This document shows positions 48,617-58,115 of a stretch of 64,000 nucleotides of DNA, in pieces (within the stretch, counting starts at the first letter, position 1; each line of letters begins with the position of its first letter). The notes below the pieces were generated by a model. The model made no database searches, was not told the origin of the DNA, and saw nothing but the letters and a program-made list of their open reading frames with translations. Source of the stretch: Candidatus Woesearchaeota archaeon (GTDB lineage Archaea; Nanobdellota; Nanobdellia; Pacearchaeales; GW2011-AR1). The stretch covers positions 1,159 to 65,158 of the forward strand of contig CAZKZO010000001.1 in assembly GCA_964557325.1 (NCBI GenBank), given 5' to 3'. A program made the translations under genes and the position numbers.

Positions 48617-49822
48617 TTATTTTGGAACCAAAGCATAGAAACTATATTTCTTTATAGCTTTTTTTGCAATCTCTTTAATATCTCTTTCTTTTACAGAGTT
48701 AATATTTTCTTCAAACTCATAAAGCTCTTTAGCATCTCCATTAATTTCATAAGAAAGTAAATTAGCCATTTGGTGTTGAGAATCTTCCATTGAAATAAGA
48801 TAATTTCCAATTATCTGTTTTTTTACTCTTTCTAATTCTCCTTTATCTAAAGCTTTTGTAATTTTTTCAAATTCTTTTAAAATTAAAGCCCTTACTTTTT
48901 CAACATTTTCCTTTTTAGTTCCAACATAAACATAATTATAAGCAAAGTCCTTATTAATATCAGAATGTCCTTTAACTGCATAAGCAAGATTTCTTTTCTC
49001 TCTTATTTCTGAAAATAATCTTGAAGACATCCCTCCAGCTAAAAGAACATTCAATACAAAAGCAGCATAACTTTTCTTATCTTTTGCATCAGGAACATGA
49101 TATGCAAAAATCAAATTTGCCTGGTCAATGCCTTGTCTTTTTTCAATTTTTTGTTTATTTATTTTTGCTACAGGAATCTTTTTAATTTCTCCTTTATCAC
49201 TTCCAAAATTTTTTTCTGTAAAAGCCACAATTTCTTCAAAATTTGCATCTCCAACCACACACAAAATCATATTATTTGATTTATACACTTTTTTGAATTT
49301 TTTAATAATTTTATCACGACTCAAAGAAAGAAGAGTTTTTTCTGTTCCAATCAAAGGAATTCCAAAAGGTTCCTCATATAATGACTTATGCATTTCATCA
49401 AAGATATGAAGTCTTGGATTATCTTTGTAAAGTTTTATTTCTTCAAAAATAACTTGTCTTTCTTTTTCAATTTCTTTTTTATCAAATAAAGGATTTTTAA
49501 CCATATCTCCTAAAACTTCCAAAGCAATATTCAAATGCTTGCTCGGCATTTTGCACCAAAAAGCAGTTGCAGATTCAGTAGTAAATCCATTTAACTCCCC
49601 ACCTTTTCTTTCAATTTCCTCTGCTATTTGCCTGGCATTTCTTTTAGAAGTGCCTTTATACAAAAGATGTTCTATAAAATGAGAAATTCCTTTTTCTTCA
49701 GCAGACTCATTTACTCCTCCTTGTTTAACTGCAAAAGCAACACTAACAACAGGAACATTTCTTTTTTCAAATAAAATAGTCATGCCATTCTTCAAAACTT
49801 TTTTATAAAATTTGTTTTCCAT
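48617..49822 (-). CDS. M16 (pitrilysin/insulinase) family peptidase
   Basis: GISHFIEHLLYKGT, SSRLFSEIREKRNLAY. Confidence 0.93.
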   Translation of the reverse strand: MENKFYKKVLKNGMTILFEKRNVPVVSVAFAVKQGGVNESAEEKGISHFIEHLLYKGTSKRNARQIAEEIERKGGELNGFTTESATAFWCKMPSKHLNIALEVLGDMVKNPLFDKKEIEKERQVIFEEIKLYKDNPRLHIFDEMHKSLYEEPFGIPLIGTEKTLLSLSRDKIIKKFKKVYKSNNMILCVVGDANFEEIVAFTEKNFGSDKGEIKKIPVAKINKQKIEKRQGIDQANLIFAYHVPDAKDKKSYAAFVLNVLLAGGMSSRLFSEIREKRNLAYAVKGHSDINKDFAYNYVYVGTKKENVEKVRALILKEFEKITKALDKGELERVKKQIIGNYLISMEDSQHQMANLLSYEINGDAKELYEFEENINSVKERDIKEIAKKAIKKYSFYALVPK

Positions 49823-49846
49823 TCAATATAAAAAATAACTTGGTAT

Positions 49847-50086
49847 TTAAAAATAATTGTTCTGCATATTTTGCCTTAATAAAGTCATTATAATTATAAT
49901 TATTGCTGCTATGATAAAAATAGCAAACAAAATATAATATAATTTAATAAGAGTTTTAACTTCTTTTTCTTCAAAACCTTTTTTCTCTAACGTTTTAGAG
50001 GTATCTGCATGCGTAGCAACCAAATAAATAAAAAAATTAGCAGAAATTAAAACTATAAAAAACAAAACCCAAAATTTTTTACTCAT
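49847..50086 (-). CDS. Small membrane protein
   Basis: Two hydrophobic segments. Confidence 0.55.
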   Translation of the reverse strand: MSKKFWVLFFIVLISANFFIYLVATHADTSKTLEKKGFEEKEVKTLIKLYYILFAIFIIAAIIIIIMTLLRQNMQNNYF

Positions 50087-50099
50087 TTTAAACTTTCTT

Positions 50100-50291
50100 T
50101 TAAAATATTAAAAAGAAAACCAATACACCTAGACCTATAACTATTAAAGCAATAATTAACCAAAACCACCATTTTTTGAAGATAGATTTTTTTGGTCCCT
50201 GCATTTGTGTACCTGGTTGCATTCCAGGAGCACCTGGCTGACCTGTCTGCTGTGGGTTCTGTTGCATTGGTTGTTGAACTTGTTGAGCCAT
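50100..50291 (-). CDS. Tail-anchored Gln/Pro-rich small protein
   Basis: QP-rich N-terminus, KKWWFW then TM. Confidence 0.65.
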   Translation of the reverse strand: MAQQVQQPMQQNPQQTGQPGAPGMQPGTQMQGPKKSIFKKWWFWLIIALIVIGLGVLVFFLIF

Positions 50292-50355
50292 TTTAACCTC
50301 TTTAATTTATAATATTAAGAAAAAATCTATTATAAATCTTACCCTTAAAACGGCT

Positions 50356-50397
50356 TTGCACAAAAAGTAGATTAATTTAATTCTTGCACAAAAAGTA
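50356..50397. repeat. 14-bp direct repeat TTGCACAAAAAGTA x2
   Basis: Copies at 50356-50369 and 50384-50397. Confidence 0.7.
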
Positions 50398-50431
50398 AAC
50401 CATTAAAAATCTTTAAATCTAATTAGTTTTG

Positions 50432-50797
50432 ATGAAACTAAGAGAATTTTTAAAGAAACATGGAAAGAAATTAAATGATTTAGAGACTCATTTTATCACC
50501 GATGTGTTTTATCCTGATTATGGAGAAAAGGGGCTTGATTTAATAAAACCACAAGTGAGGATTGAGAAATCTCATGAAAAGAAATTAAATAATGTTAATA
50601 AAAATACTGAGAAAAATAAGCCTAAAGCTGAAACAGACAGGGTTGTTGGGACAGTAACTAAAAAACAAAAGAAAGTTATACAAGGATTGATTGGGAATAT
50701 TGGAAGCAATGAACAAGATGTAGTAAGAAAAATATTGACAATTTAGTTGTATAATGAAGGCTATCTTAAAGACAACGTAAATAACTCAACTAAATAA
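50432..50797 (+). pseudogene. Chimeric/decayed ORF with internal TAG
   Basis: RHH/CopG-like C-part (IGSNEQDVVRKILTI*LYNEGYL) continues past TAG 50744-50746 to TAA 50797. Confidence 0.45.
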
Positions 50798-50942
50798 AAA
50801 TTTAAATTCCACAACAACAGAGTTACAATTCGTTACAAACACAGGAACAGATGTTGTATTAACACATTTGCATGATTTAGAAAAAATAGGAAAAGTAATA
50901 AAACAAAGGAAAGGTAAAAGACATATCTGGAATATAAGTTAA
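50781..50942 (+). pseudogene. 5'-truncated winged-helix gene fragment
   Basis: STTTELQFVTNTGTDVVLTHLHDLEKIGKVIKQRKGKRHIWNIS* with no start codon; stop abuts the GTPase ATG. Confidence 0.5.
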
Positions 50943-50943
50943 A

Positions 50944-51855
50944 ATGGCATCAACAAATCAATCTCCAGCATATCAAAAAGCAGAAGGAAAATTCTTGACT
51001 GCACAGACAAAAGAACAGAAATTGAAATTTCTAAAAGAGATGATTAGAGAATGTCCAAAACATAAATCCGCAGAAAAGATGTTAGCAAATCTTAAAACCC
51101 GCTTAAAAAAACTTCAAAATCAGTTTGAAAAACAAAAAACATCAGGAAAGCCAAGCAAAACAGGAATTAAAAAACATGAAATGCAAGCAGTGATTATAGG
51201 ATTTACAAACACAGGGAAATCAACCTTACTTAATACCCTGACTAATGCAGAACCAAGGATAGCACCTCATCATTTTACAACAAAAAATCCTATTATAGGT
51301 ATGTTAAAGCATAATCAAACAAATATACAATTAATTGAAATCCCTGCATTTGAATCTGAATTTTATGACAAAGGACTTGTAAACACAGCTGACACTATTT
51401 TAATTTTAATTACAAACTTAGAGCAAATAAAGCATATAGAAAAAGAACTTTCATTATCTAAAGGAAAAAAAATCATCATTTTTAATAATATAAAAAACAA
51501 TGATGAAAGAAAAATCTCATCAACCTTAAAAAGTAAAAAGTATAATTTTGCAATAATCAATACAAAACAAAAAAACCCTGAGGAATTCAGAAAATTAAAA
51601 GATAAAATCTTCAATAGTTTTGATAAAATTCGTGTTTTCACAAAAGAACCAGGTAAAAAACCTGACAAATCACGCCCTCTTGTTCTAGAAAAAGATTCCA
51701 GGGTTAAAGATGCTGCAGAAAAAATACTTCATGGATTTTCAAATAAAATTAAAGAATCTTTTGTTACAGGCCCTAGCAGTAAATTTCCAAATCAAAAAGT
51801 AGGGCTTAAACATGTTTTAAAAGATAAAGATATTTTAGAATTTAAAACACAGTAG
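50944..51855 (+). CDS. DRG/Obg-family GTPase with TGS domain
   Basis: PKHK, GFTNTGKST, FTT, RVFTKEPG, QKVGLKHVLKDKDILE. Confidence 0.9.
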   Translation: MASTNQSPAYQKAEGKFLTAQTKEQKLKFLKEMIRECPKHKSAEKMLANLKTRLKKLQNQFEKQKTSGKPSKTGIKKHEMQAVIIGFTNTGKSTLLNTLTNAEPRIAPHHFTTKNPIIGMLKHNQTNIQLIEIPAFESEFYDKGLVNTADTILILITNLEQIKHIEKELSLSKGKKIIIFNNIKNNDERKISSTLKSKKYNFAIINTKQKNPEEFRKLKDKIFNSFDKIRVFTKEPGKKPDKSRPLVLEKDSRVKDAAEKILHGFSNKIKESFVTGPSSKFPNQKVGLKHVLKDKDILEFKTQ

Positions 51856-51910
51856 AAAATATACTTTTAATTATGGCAATTGATTTAAAGAAGAATTTCT
51901 TAAGAAACAC

Positions 51911-52348
51911 ATGGGAATAGAATATCAATACATGCAAACCAAACTGCTTTTTTCAGATAGATTATGTGCCTTATTTGTTTTTGCCCAAAAACAGAGTCCT
52001 TATAAAAATGTTGCTTTCAGAGCAAGTAACCATAAGCTTGAAAAAACCTTCTTAGAACTAATTGAAAATGAAAAAAATCAAGAACTCCTAAAAATTATTA
52101 AATCAAAAAATGGAACACTTCCTTCATTATACAAATCTCTTGAAAGAATGCAATTAGGAGGAATTATTGCTCGAAGAGACATAACAGACCCTGAACTTTT
52201 ATTTTTACAAGAGAGTGTACAAAAATATTATAAAAATTATGTTAAACCAAGGCTTTCTGAAGAAGAAATTTCAGATCTTGAGAATTTAGCAAGAGAATTT
52301 TCAGAAAAAATAGAAGTTATTAAAACCAAAGAAAACATTATAAGCTAA
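51911..52348 (+). CDS. Hypothetical protein
   Basis: 145-aa ORF with upstream TTTAAA. Confidence 0.6.
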   Translation: MGIEYQYMQTKLLFSDRLCALFVFAQKQSPYKNVAFRASNHKLEKTFLELIENEKNQELLKIIKSKNGTLPSLYKSLERMQLGGIIARRDITDPELLFLQESVQKYYKNYVKPRLSEEEISDLENLAREFSEKIEVIKTKENIIS

Positions 52349-52387
52349 AATAATAATTAATTTAAATTTAAATAATTTAATTTTCTT

Positions 52388-52660
52388 ATGAACAAAAAAG
52401 AAATAAGTATAATTATGACCTCTTCAATTATCTCTGTAATCATAGCTATTCTTGGAGGGATATTATGGGATGAGAATAAAATTATTTCCATAATAACGAT
52501 TTTGATGGCAAGTATACTTCTTTTCTTTTTATTGTATTTAGCACAAATAAAAACAAATGAAGAAAACATAAAAAACATGAGGGAAGAATTTAAAAAAATA
52601 AAAGAAAAACTTATAATCTCTGAAAGATTGAATAGATTAGAATTAAAGGTGTTCAAATGA
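52388..52660 (+). CDS. Two-TM protein with short coiled coil
   Basis: Translation pattern. Confidence 0.6.
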   Translation: MNKKEISIIMTSSIISVIIAILGGILWDENKIISIITILMASILLFFLLYLAQIKTNEENIKNMREEFKKIKEKLIISERLNRLELKVFK

Positions 52661-52767
52661 ATAAAAAAGGCTTTACAAGCACAGACATGTTGGAAATTAT
52701 TAAAATCATTATAATCACTATAATTGGTTTATTCCTTATTGGAACTTTAATAAGAACTCTTTTTTAA
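52657..52767 (+). CDS. Orphan 36-aa pilin-like peptide
   Basis: Manual: MNKKG|FTSTDMLEIIKIIIITIIGLFLIGTLIRTLF; ATGA overlap. Confidence 0.6.
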   Translation: MNKKGFTSTDMLEIIKIIIITIIGLFLIGTLIRTLF

Positions 52768-52773
52768 TTCTTT

Positions 52774-53727
52774 TCACTTCCAACTTTTCCTTATTGGAGC
52801 AATTATTTTTTCAAGAGATTCTGCAACTGCTTTTTTCAAATCAGCAGGATGTAATTCACCCAACTCAAAGCTTTTTTCCAAACTTTTATAATTTTTAAAC
52901 TCAATATCTCCTCCAAACTTGTTACTTCTTTTTATTTTCATCTTTTCAAACTTTGGAAAAATAATTAAACGAGTTATAGCTAAAACAGGATTGTTTTTAA
53001 TATCTCTTGTCTGGCAATAAGCTTTATTTATTTTTTTTTCAATATCTTTTTTACTATCTCTAATAGAAATAAAACTTTCTTTGATAGAACTTGACATTTT
53101 AGTCCCAGGTCCTTTTAATCCTGGAATTAAAGGTGTATAAAGATAAACAGCTTCTTGCAAACCAATATCTTGACCTTCATCAACACCTAACATATAAATT
53201 TTTCTCTGGTCACTTCCAGCAACTACAAAATTAGTTTTAAGATATTTTACATCAGCAACCTGCATTAAAGGATAAATAATCTGGCTTATTTTTGCATTTT
53301 CAATATCTCTTGCTACTTTTTGCATTGAACGAACACCTCTATTAACAGTGACATGTAAAGCAAGTTTAAGTATATCTTCAAAATAATCTGATTTTCTTTG
53401 ATAACTTGTTCCTCTAACAATTTCTGCTCTTAATCCAATAGCCTTAAATCCTTTTTCCCACTGCTTTAATTGAGAATTGACAAAATCCCAATCACCTTTT
53501 TTATTCAGCCATGTATGCCAATCAGCAAGCAAAATTTTAACTTTAATACCAGCTTTTTGTAAATCAAGAAGTTTAAGAATAGTTACAAGATGTCCTAAAT
53601 GAATTTCTCCACTACACTCATACCCACAATAAACAACTCCTTTTTTCAGAAATTTTCTTATCTTATCTTCATTAATTACTTCTACAGTATTTCTCTTTAT
53701 TAACTCTATACTTTTTTTATTATTCAT
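52774..53727 (-). CDS. tyrS: Tyrosine--tRNA ligase
   Basis: YCGYECSGEIHLGH, YPLMQVAD, GSDQRK, KMSSS, LHPADLK. Confidence 0.95.
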   Translation of the reverse strand: MNNKKSIELIKRNTVEVINEDKIRKFLKKGVVYCGYECSGEIHLGHLVTILKLLDLQKAGIKVKILLADWHTWLNKKGDWDFVNSQLKQWEKGFKAIGLRAEIVRGTSYQRKSDYFEDILKLALHVTVNRGVRSMQKVARDIENAKISQIIYPLMQVADVKYLKTNFVVAGSDQRKIYMLGVDEGQDIGLQEAVYLYTPLIPGLKGPGTKMSSSIKESFISIRDSKKDIEKKINKAYCQTRDIKNNPVLAITRLIIFPKFEKMKIKRSNKFGGDIEFKNYKSLEKSFELGELHPADLKKAVAESLEKIIAPIRKSWK

Positions 53728-53779
53728 ATATTTAAAAATAAAATCAAATTATTAAAACTTATTGTTTTAGAGTTTTTGT

Positions 53780-54520
53780 TTAAAAAATTCCACCTTGATT
53801 CGCACCTGTTTCTTGCCCTTGTGTATTTTCTTCTCCAGAAACATTATCACCAGGAATATTTGCCTGACCTGTATCATTTTCAGTATCTCCACCTGACACA
53901 ATTCCCTGACCTTTTTTCTGAAATTCTTCATGTGCTTGGGAAAACTCTTCTCCACTTTCACTTCCTACATTATTAAAAGCTTTTTGAAGTCCTTCTTGTG
54001 CTTGTTCCGGAGTTTCACTCATCACTCTTTGCAATGTTTGTTGAGCAACTTGTTCGCCTTTTTCAGGATTCTGGTTTTTTAAAGCATTAACAGCTTCCTC
54101 TCTTCCTCTTACACTATTTTCCATTGCTCTTTCAATTGCAGATTTAGCTTCTTCAGGAACTTGCTCTAAGACACCTGCAAGAACAACCATGTGTCTTGTT
54201 GTTTGATTTGCTACTTTTTCTGCAGTCTTTTCATTATTCTGAGATTTTTCTTTTAATTTTTCAAGGTTTTTTTCATACAATTCAAGAGAACGATTCATTT
54301 CCTTTTCTTTTCCTTCTTGAGCCATTACTACAGTTTCTGCTGCTTTTTCGTCTGCAAGACTTTCTGCGCTTTGAAACCCGTCAAAAAATCTATCTAAAAA
54401 ATAAAAAGTACTATCTGGAGTAATTCCGGGATTTCCTAAATCTTCTTCAAGTTGTGCAGAAGCAATTCCTAAACTAAAAACCAACATGCTTGCAAAAACA
54501 AACGTCATTATTTTTTCCAT
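53780..54520 (-). CDS. Secreted helical protein (DUF5667-like)
   Basis: Signal peptide; PGITPDSTFYFLDRFFD; VPEEAKSAIERA. Confidence 0.7.
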   Translation of the reverse strand: MEKIMTFVFASMLVFSLGIASAQLEEDLGNPGITPDSTFYFLDRFFDGFQSAESLADEKAAETVVMAQEGKEKEMNRSLELYEKNLEKLKEKSQNNEKTAEKVANQTTRHMVVLAGVLEQVPEEAKSAIERAMENSVRGREEAVNALKNQNPEKGEQVAQQTLQRVMSETPEQAQEGLQKAFNNVGSESGEEFSQAHEEFQKKGQGIVSGGDTENDTGQANIPGDNVSGEENTQGQETGANQGGIF

Positions 54521-54722
54521 GCTTAATAAAAGAAATAATTGTTTAAAAACCTATTGATAGATAACTTTTTCCTTATTTCTAATTTTGCACTTCTTCATTT
54601 ATAAAAAATTATTAATTATAAACCTAAAAACCTAAAAATTACTGAAAAAGAACTCTTCATCAATTTGAGTTTCTTTTTTTCATTCATATTTCTAAATAAG
54701 AATTCTATTTATTAAAACTTTC

Positions 54723-56849
54723 TTAAAAATATTGTTGTATTGATCCTGAACCAATATTTCCAGATTTATCCTTACATTTAATATAATAGGTATAAAGTCC
54801 TTTAGGAGGAGAGTATGCTTCTCCAATTGAGTTTGATTTCTGATGAATTGTTCCATAATCTGTTTCAGAAAAAGGAATCATTTCATTATAATTTAAACCA
54901 GAATCCAAAGACCATACACAAAGAGCTCTTTCAGAAGTTATTAAATATTTCCCAAGCCAATATCCCTCTGGTTTATAAGTCATCCATTTTTCTAACATTA
55001 AAGGAGGTGTTGAAGAAATCCCAAAACTATCTGTAAAATTATATTTAACACTACTTAATGTTGTTGTTCCAGAAACTCCTTGACAAGCAACAAACATTGT
55101 TCCTTGATTAGGGTTAAAAATAGGAGAACCTGTAATAGCATAAGCACTAGTATGGTAATTATTTTGAGGCGGGATTGTAAGAGGGTTAGATGATTTATGC
55201 ATTAAAAGAGGATAATCTTCAAAATTAGGTTTCCATTCCCAAGAATACCTACAATCTGCAGCTTCAGAAGTTATTGCAATTGTTTTTATAGCGACACCAT
55301 AATTTCTTTCTTCACCAACATAAATCTTTTCAATAATTCCTTCTGGATTATTTGAACAATCCTCTAAACAAGAAACTATATTTTCTCCAAGCATACAATT
55401 TTCATCTCCACAAAAACCAAGAAAATTTCCTGCACCTAAATCACAAGTTGAATTACAAACAATACAACTTGTTTCCCCATATTCACAATATTCAGTAATA
55501 TTATTTCCATCATCACAACCTTCCTCTCCCTCCAAAATATTATTCCCACAAATAGGCTGACAATCACTTGGACATCCTGTTAAAGTTTCTCCTGCATCAC
55601 AAACACCATCATAATCACACCAAGGCTCAGGACCAATACAAGCACCACCACTACATCCATAAGGACAAGTATATATTCTAGAATCATACTCTCCAGTAAA
55701 GGTCGGATTTAACAACCCAATTATTTCACACCTATATTCTGTCACACTTTCAGTAGTATAACAAAAATCTGTTTTAGTTACTCCATGAACATCTGTAACA
55801 GTTCCTTTAGTATAATATCCTGTAGGCCCATCACTATCACTACATTCAGGAGAAGATGTATCTTGAACACACTCTCCATATTCACAAACCTCTCCTGTTG
55901 GACAAGTTCCACAATTAATAAAACCACCACAACCATCAGGTTCATCGCCAAGACTGCATTCATAAGAATCACATGTAAGAGGAATACAGGGGCTTGCTAT
56001 AGGCACACAAACATTTGCTGATGTACACTCATAACCTGTATTACAACCACCGCAATCTACACTATACCCGCAATTATTTGTTTTTATTCCACATTCAACT
56101 CCTGAACAAGTTAATGTAATAGACTCGTTTACACAATCCTGGGGAACACAAATATTATTCACACAAGTTTCATTTGCATTAACATCACAATCATCATTAA
56201 TTAAACACTCTCCCCTAATACAGCTCCCATTTTCATCAGAAATAAATTCACTAGGACAAGTACAATCTGCTAAACAATTCTCACCTCCATCACATTCTAC
56301 CTCAGAATCTTCATTAGAATAATTCCAGGTTCCATCACAAGACATAGGAATTTCAACACATTCATAATTCATACAAATTTCATTATCTTCAAAATCACAA
56401 TCAGAATTATTTGTACATTCATAAACACACTCTCCACTTACACAAATTTTATTTCCTGTACAATCACTATCTAAAATACACTCATCGTCTCCTGTTGAAC
56501 CACCATTAGAATCTCCACCAGAACCACTCCCAGAATCATATCCTCCAGAACCACTTGTTTGTCCTCCATAAGAACCTCCTCCAGAAGTAGCACCTTCTGA
56601 ACCTGTAGATTCTTGGGTTAACTTTGTTGAAAAAAACAAAAGTAATGCAACAATTATTATAACTAATGCAAGAATTGCAAAGAAAAGATACATGTAAACT
56701 TTTTTTCTTGGAGGATTTAATTTTTTATTTCCAAAAGCAGGGTTTTGTCCAGAACTTTTTCTCTGGATAGTACCTGGTTTTGGTCCTGGTTTATGACCAT
56801 AAACAGGATTTCTTCTTACAGGAGGCCCGCCTCTTTTAGGATTATTCAT
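54723..56849 (-). CDS. Type II membrane-anchored Cys-rich surface protein
   Basis: Basic N-tail, TM, Gly/Ser linker, C..DSDC, PDGCGG..CG.C, CGN......GCDDGN repeats. Confidence 0.78.
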   Translation of the reverse strand: MNNPKRGGPPVRRNPVYGHKPGPKPGTIQRKSSGQNPAFGNKKLNPPRKKVYMYLFFAILALVIIIVALLLFFSTKLTQESTGSEGATSGGGSYGGQTSGSGGYDSGSGSGGDSNGGSTGDDECILDSDCTGNKICVSGECVYECTNNSDCDFEDNEICMNYECVEIPMSCDGTWNYSNEDSEVECDGGENCLADCTCPSEFISDENGSCIRGECLINDDCDVNANETCVNNICVPQDCVNESITLTCSGVECGIKTNNCGYSVDCGGCNTGYECTSANVCVPIASPCIPLTCDSYECSLGDEPDGCGGFINCGTCPTGEVCEYGECVQDTSSPECSDSDGPTGYYTKGTVTDVHGVTKTDFCYTTESVTEYRCEIIGLLNPTFTGEYDSRIYTCPYGCSGGACIGPEPWCDYDGVCDAGETLTGCPSDCQPICGNNILEGEEGCDDGNNITEYCEYGETSCIVCNSTCDLGAGNFLGFCGDENCMLGENIVSCLEDCSNNPEGIIEKIYVGEERNYGVAIKTIAITSEAADCRYSWEWKPNFEDYPLLMHKSSNPLTIPPQNNYHTSAYAITGSPIFNPNQGTMFVACQGVSGTTTLSSVKYNFTDSFGISSTPPLMLEKWMTYKPEGYWLGKYLITSERALCVWSLDSGLNYNEMIPFSETDYGTIHQKSNSIGEAYSPPKGLYTYYIKCKDKSGNIGSGSIQQYF

Positions 56850-56900
56850 TTTAAAATGAAATTTAAGAGATTATTTAAATTTTCTTGTTTTATAAAAAAC

Positions 56901-58106
56901 ATGTTAATAGAACTTATAGCATTTTTAGTTATAGGTTGTTTGCTTGGAACAATAACAGGCCTTATTCCAGGTATACATATAAATCTAGTGAGTTTGTTTT
57001 TAGTTTCCTTTTCAGCTTCTTTTTTAACTTTTGTTGACCCTATTTTCTTCATAATACTAATCACTTCAATGGCAATCACACATACTTTTATTGATTTTAT
57101 TCCAAGTGTTTTTCTTGGATGCCCTGACACAGATACAGAATTAAGTGTTTTACCAGGACATGAACTTTTAAAAAAAGGACAAGGTTATGAAGCAGTTATT
57201 CTAACTGCATATGGGAGTCTTGCAACAGTAATTATACTAATTTTGATTTCAATACCTTCAATAAAACTTGTTACTGGTTTTTACAGCTTGATTAAAGAGC
57301 AAATACCTTATATATTAATAGCAGTTTCTATCCTACTTATTTTGCTTGAGAAAAAAAAGTCAAAATCACTTCTTGTGTTTTTACTTTCAGGTATTCTTGG
57401 ATGGAGTGTATTAAACCTTAACACATCTCAAAACATTTTTACAGAACCACTTTTACCTTTACTAACAGGATTATTTGGTGCCTCTAATTTAATATTAAGT
57501 ATAAAAAACAAAACAAAAATACCTAAACAAAAAATAACAAAAATTAAACTAGATAAAAAATTTATTTCACCTATTTTCGGTTCTCTAATTGCATCTCCTT
57601 TATCAAGCTTTCTTCCTGGTTTAGGAAGCGGACAAGCAGCAATCATAGGAAATATAATTTCTCAAACAGACAGAAAAGGATTTTTAATTTTACTGGGAGC
57701 AACAAATACTTTGGTTATGGGATTTTCCTTTATCACTTTTTATGCAATTTCAAGAACAAGAACAGGAGCAGTAGTTGCAATCAATAGAATACTTGGAAAT
57801 ATAAATCTTAATCTACTTATCATTATACTTATCTGTGTTTTTATTTCAGGAATAATAGCTTTCTTTTTAACATTAAAAATTGCAAAAATATTTTCAGAAA
57901 AAATAAGCTTTCTTAATTATTCAAAGATATCAATAACAACACTAATAATTTTAGTATTTATTATTTTATTTATTTCAAAACCTCTTGGTTTATTTATTCT
58001 TGCAGTCTCAACAATAACAGGGATTTACTCTATATCACTTGGAGTGAGAAGAACTAATATGATGGGCTGCCTTTTACTGCCTACTATTTTATTTTACCTT
58101 ATTTAA
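56901..58106 (+). CDS. DUF112/TctA-family membrane protein
   Basis: GTITGLIPGIHIN, DFIPSVFLGCPD, LPGH. Confidence 0.88.
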   Translation: MLIELIAFLVIGCLLGTITGLIPGIHINLVSLFLVSFSASFLTFVDPIFFIILITSMAITHTFIDFIPSVFLGCPDTDTELSVLPGHELLKKGQGYEAVILTAYGSLATVIILILISIPSIKLVTGFYSLIKEQIPYILIAVSILLILLEKKKSKSLLVFLLSGILGWSVLNLNTSQNIFTEPLLPLLTGLFGASNLILSIKNKTKIPKQKITKIKLDKKFISPIFGSLIASPLSSFLPGLGSGQAAIIGNIISQTDRKGFLILLGATNTLVMGFSFITFYAISRTRTGAVVAINRILGNINLNLLIIILICVFISGIIAFFLTLKIAKIFSEKISFLNYSKISITTLIILVFIILFISKPLGLFILAVSTITGIYSISLGVRRTNMMGCLLLPTILFYLI

Positions 58107-58115
58107 AACTATAAT

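Noticed and set aside
54521..54722. Short reading frames in a 200-bp intergenic gap
   Set aside because: Only about 20 codons each, no recognisable motif or structure.
56745..56900. Long N-terminal extension of the DUF112 ORF (similar extensions at 1206, 14434, 22431, 26463, 28331, 48636)
   Set aside because: Upstream TTG/GTG starts overlap neighbouring genes or TATA boxes; downstream ATGs fit better.
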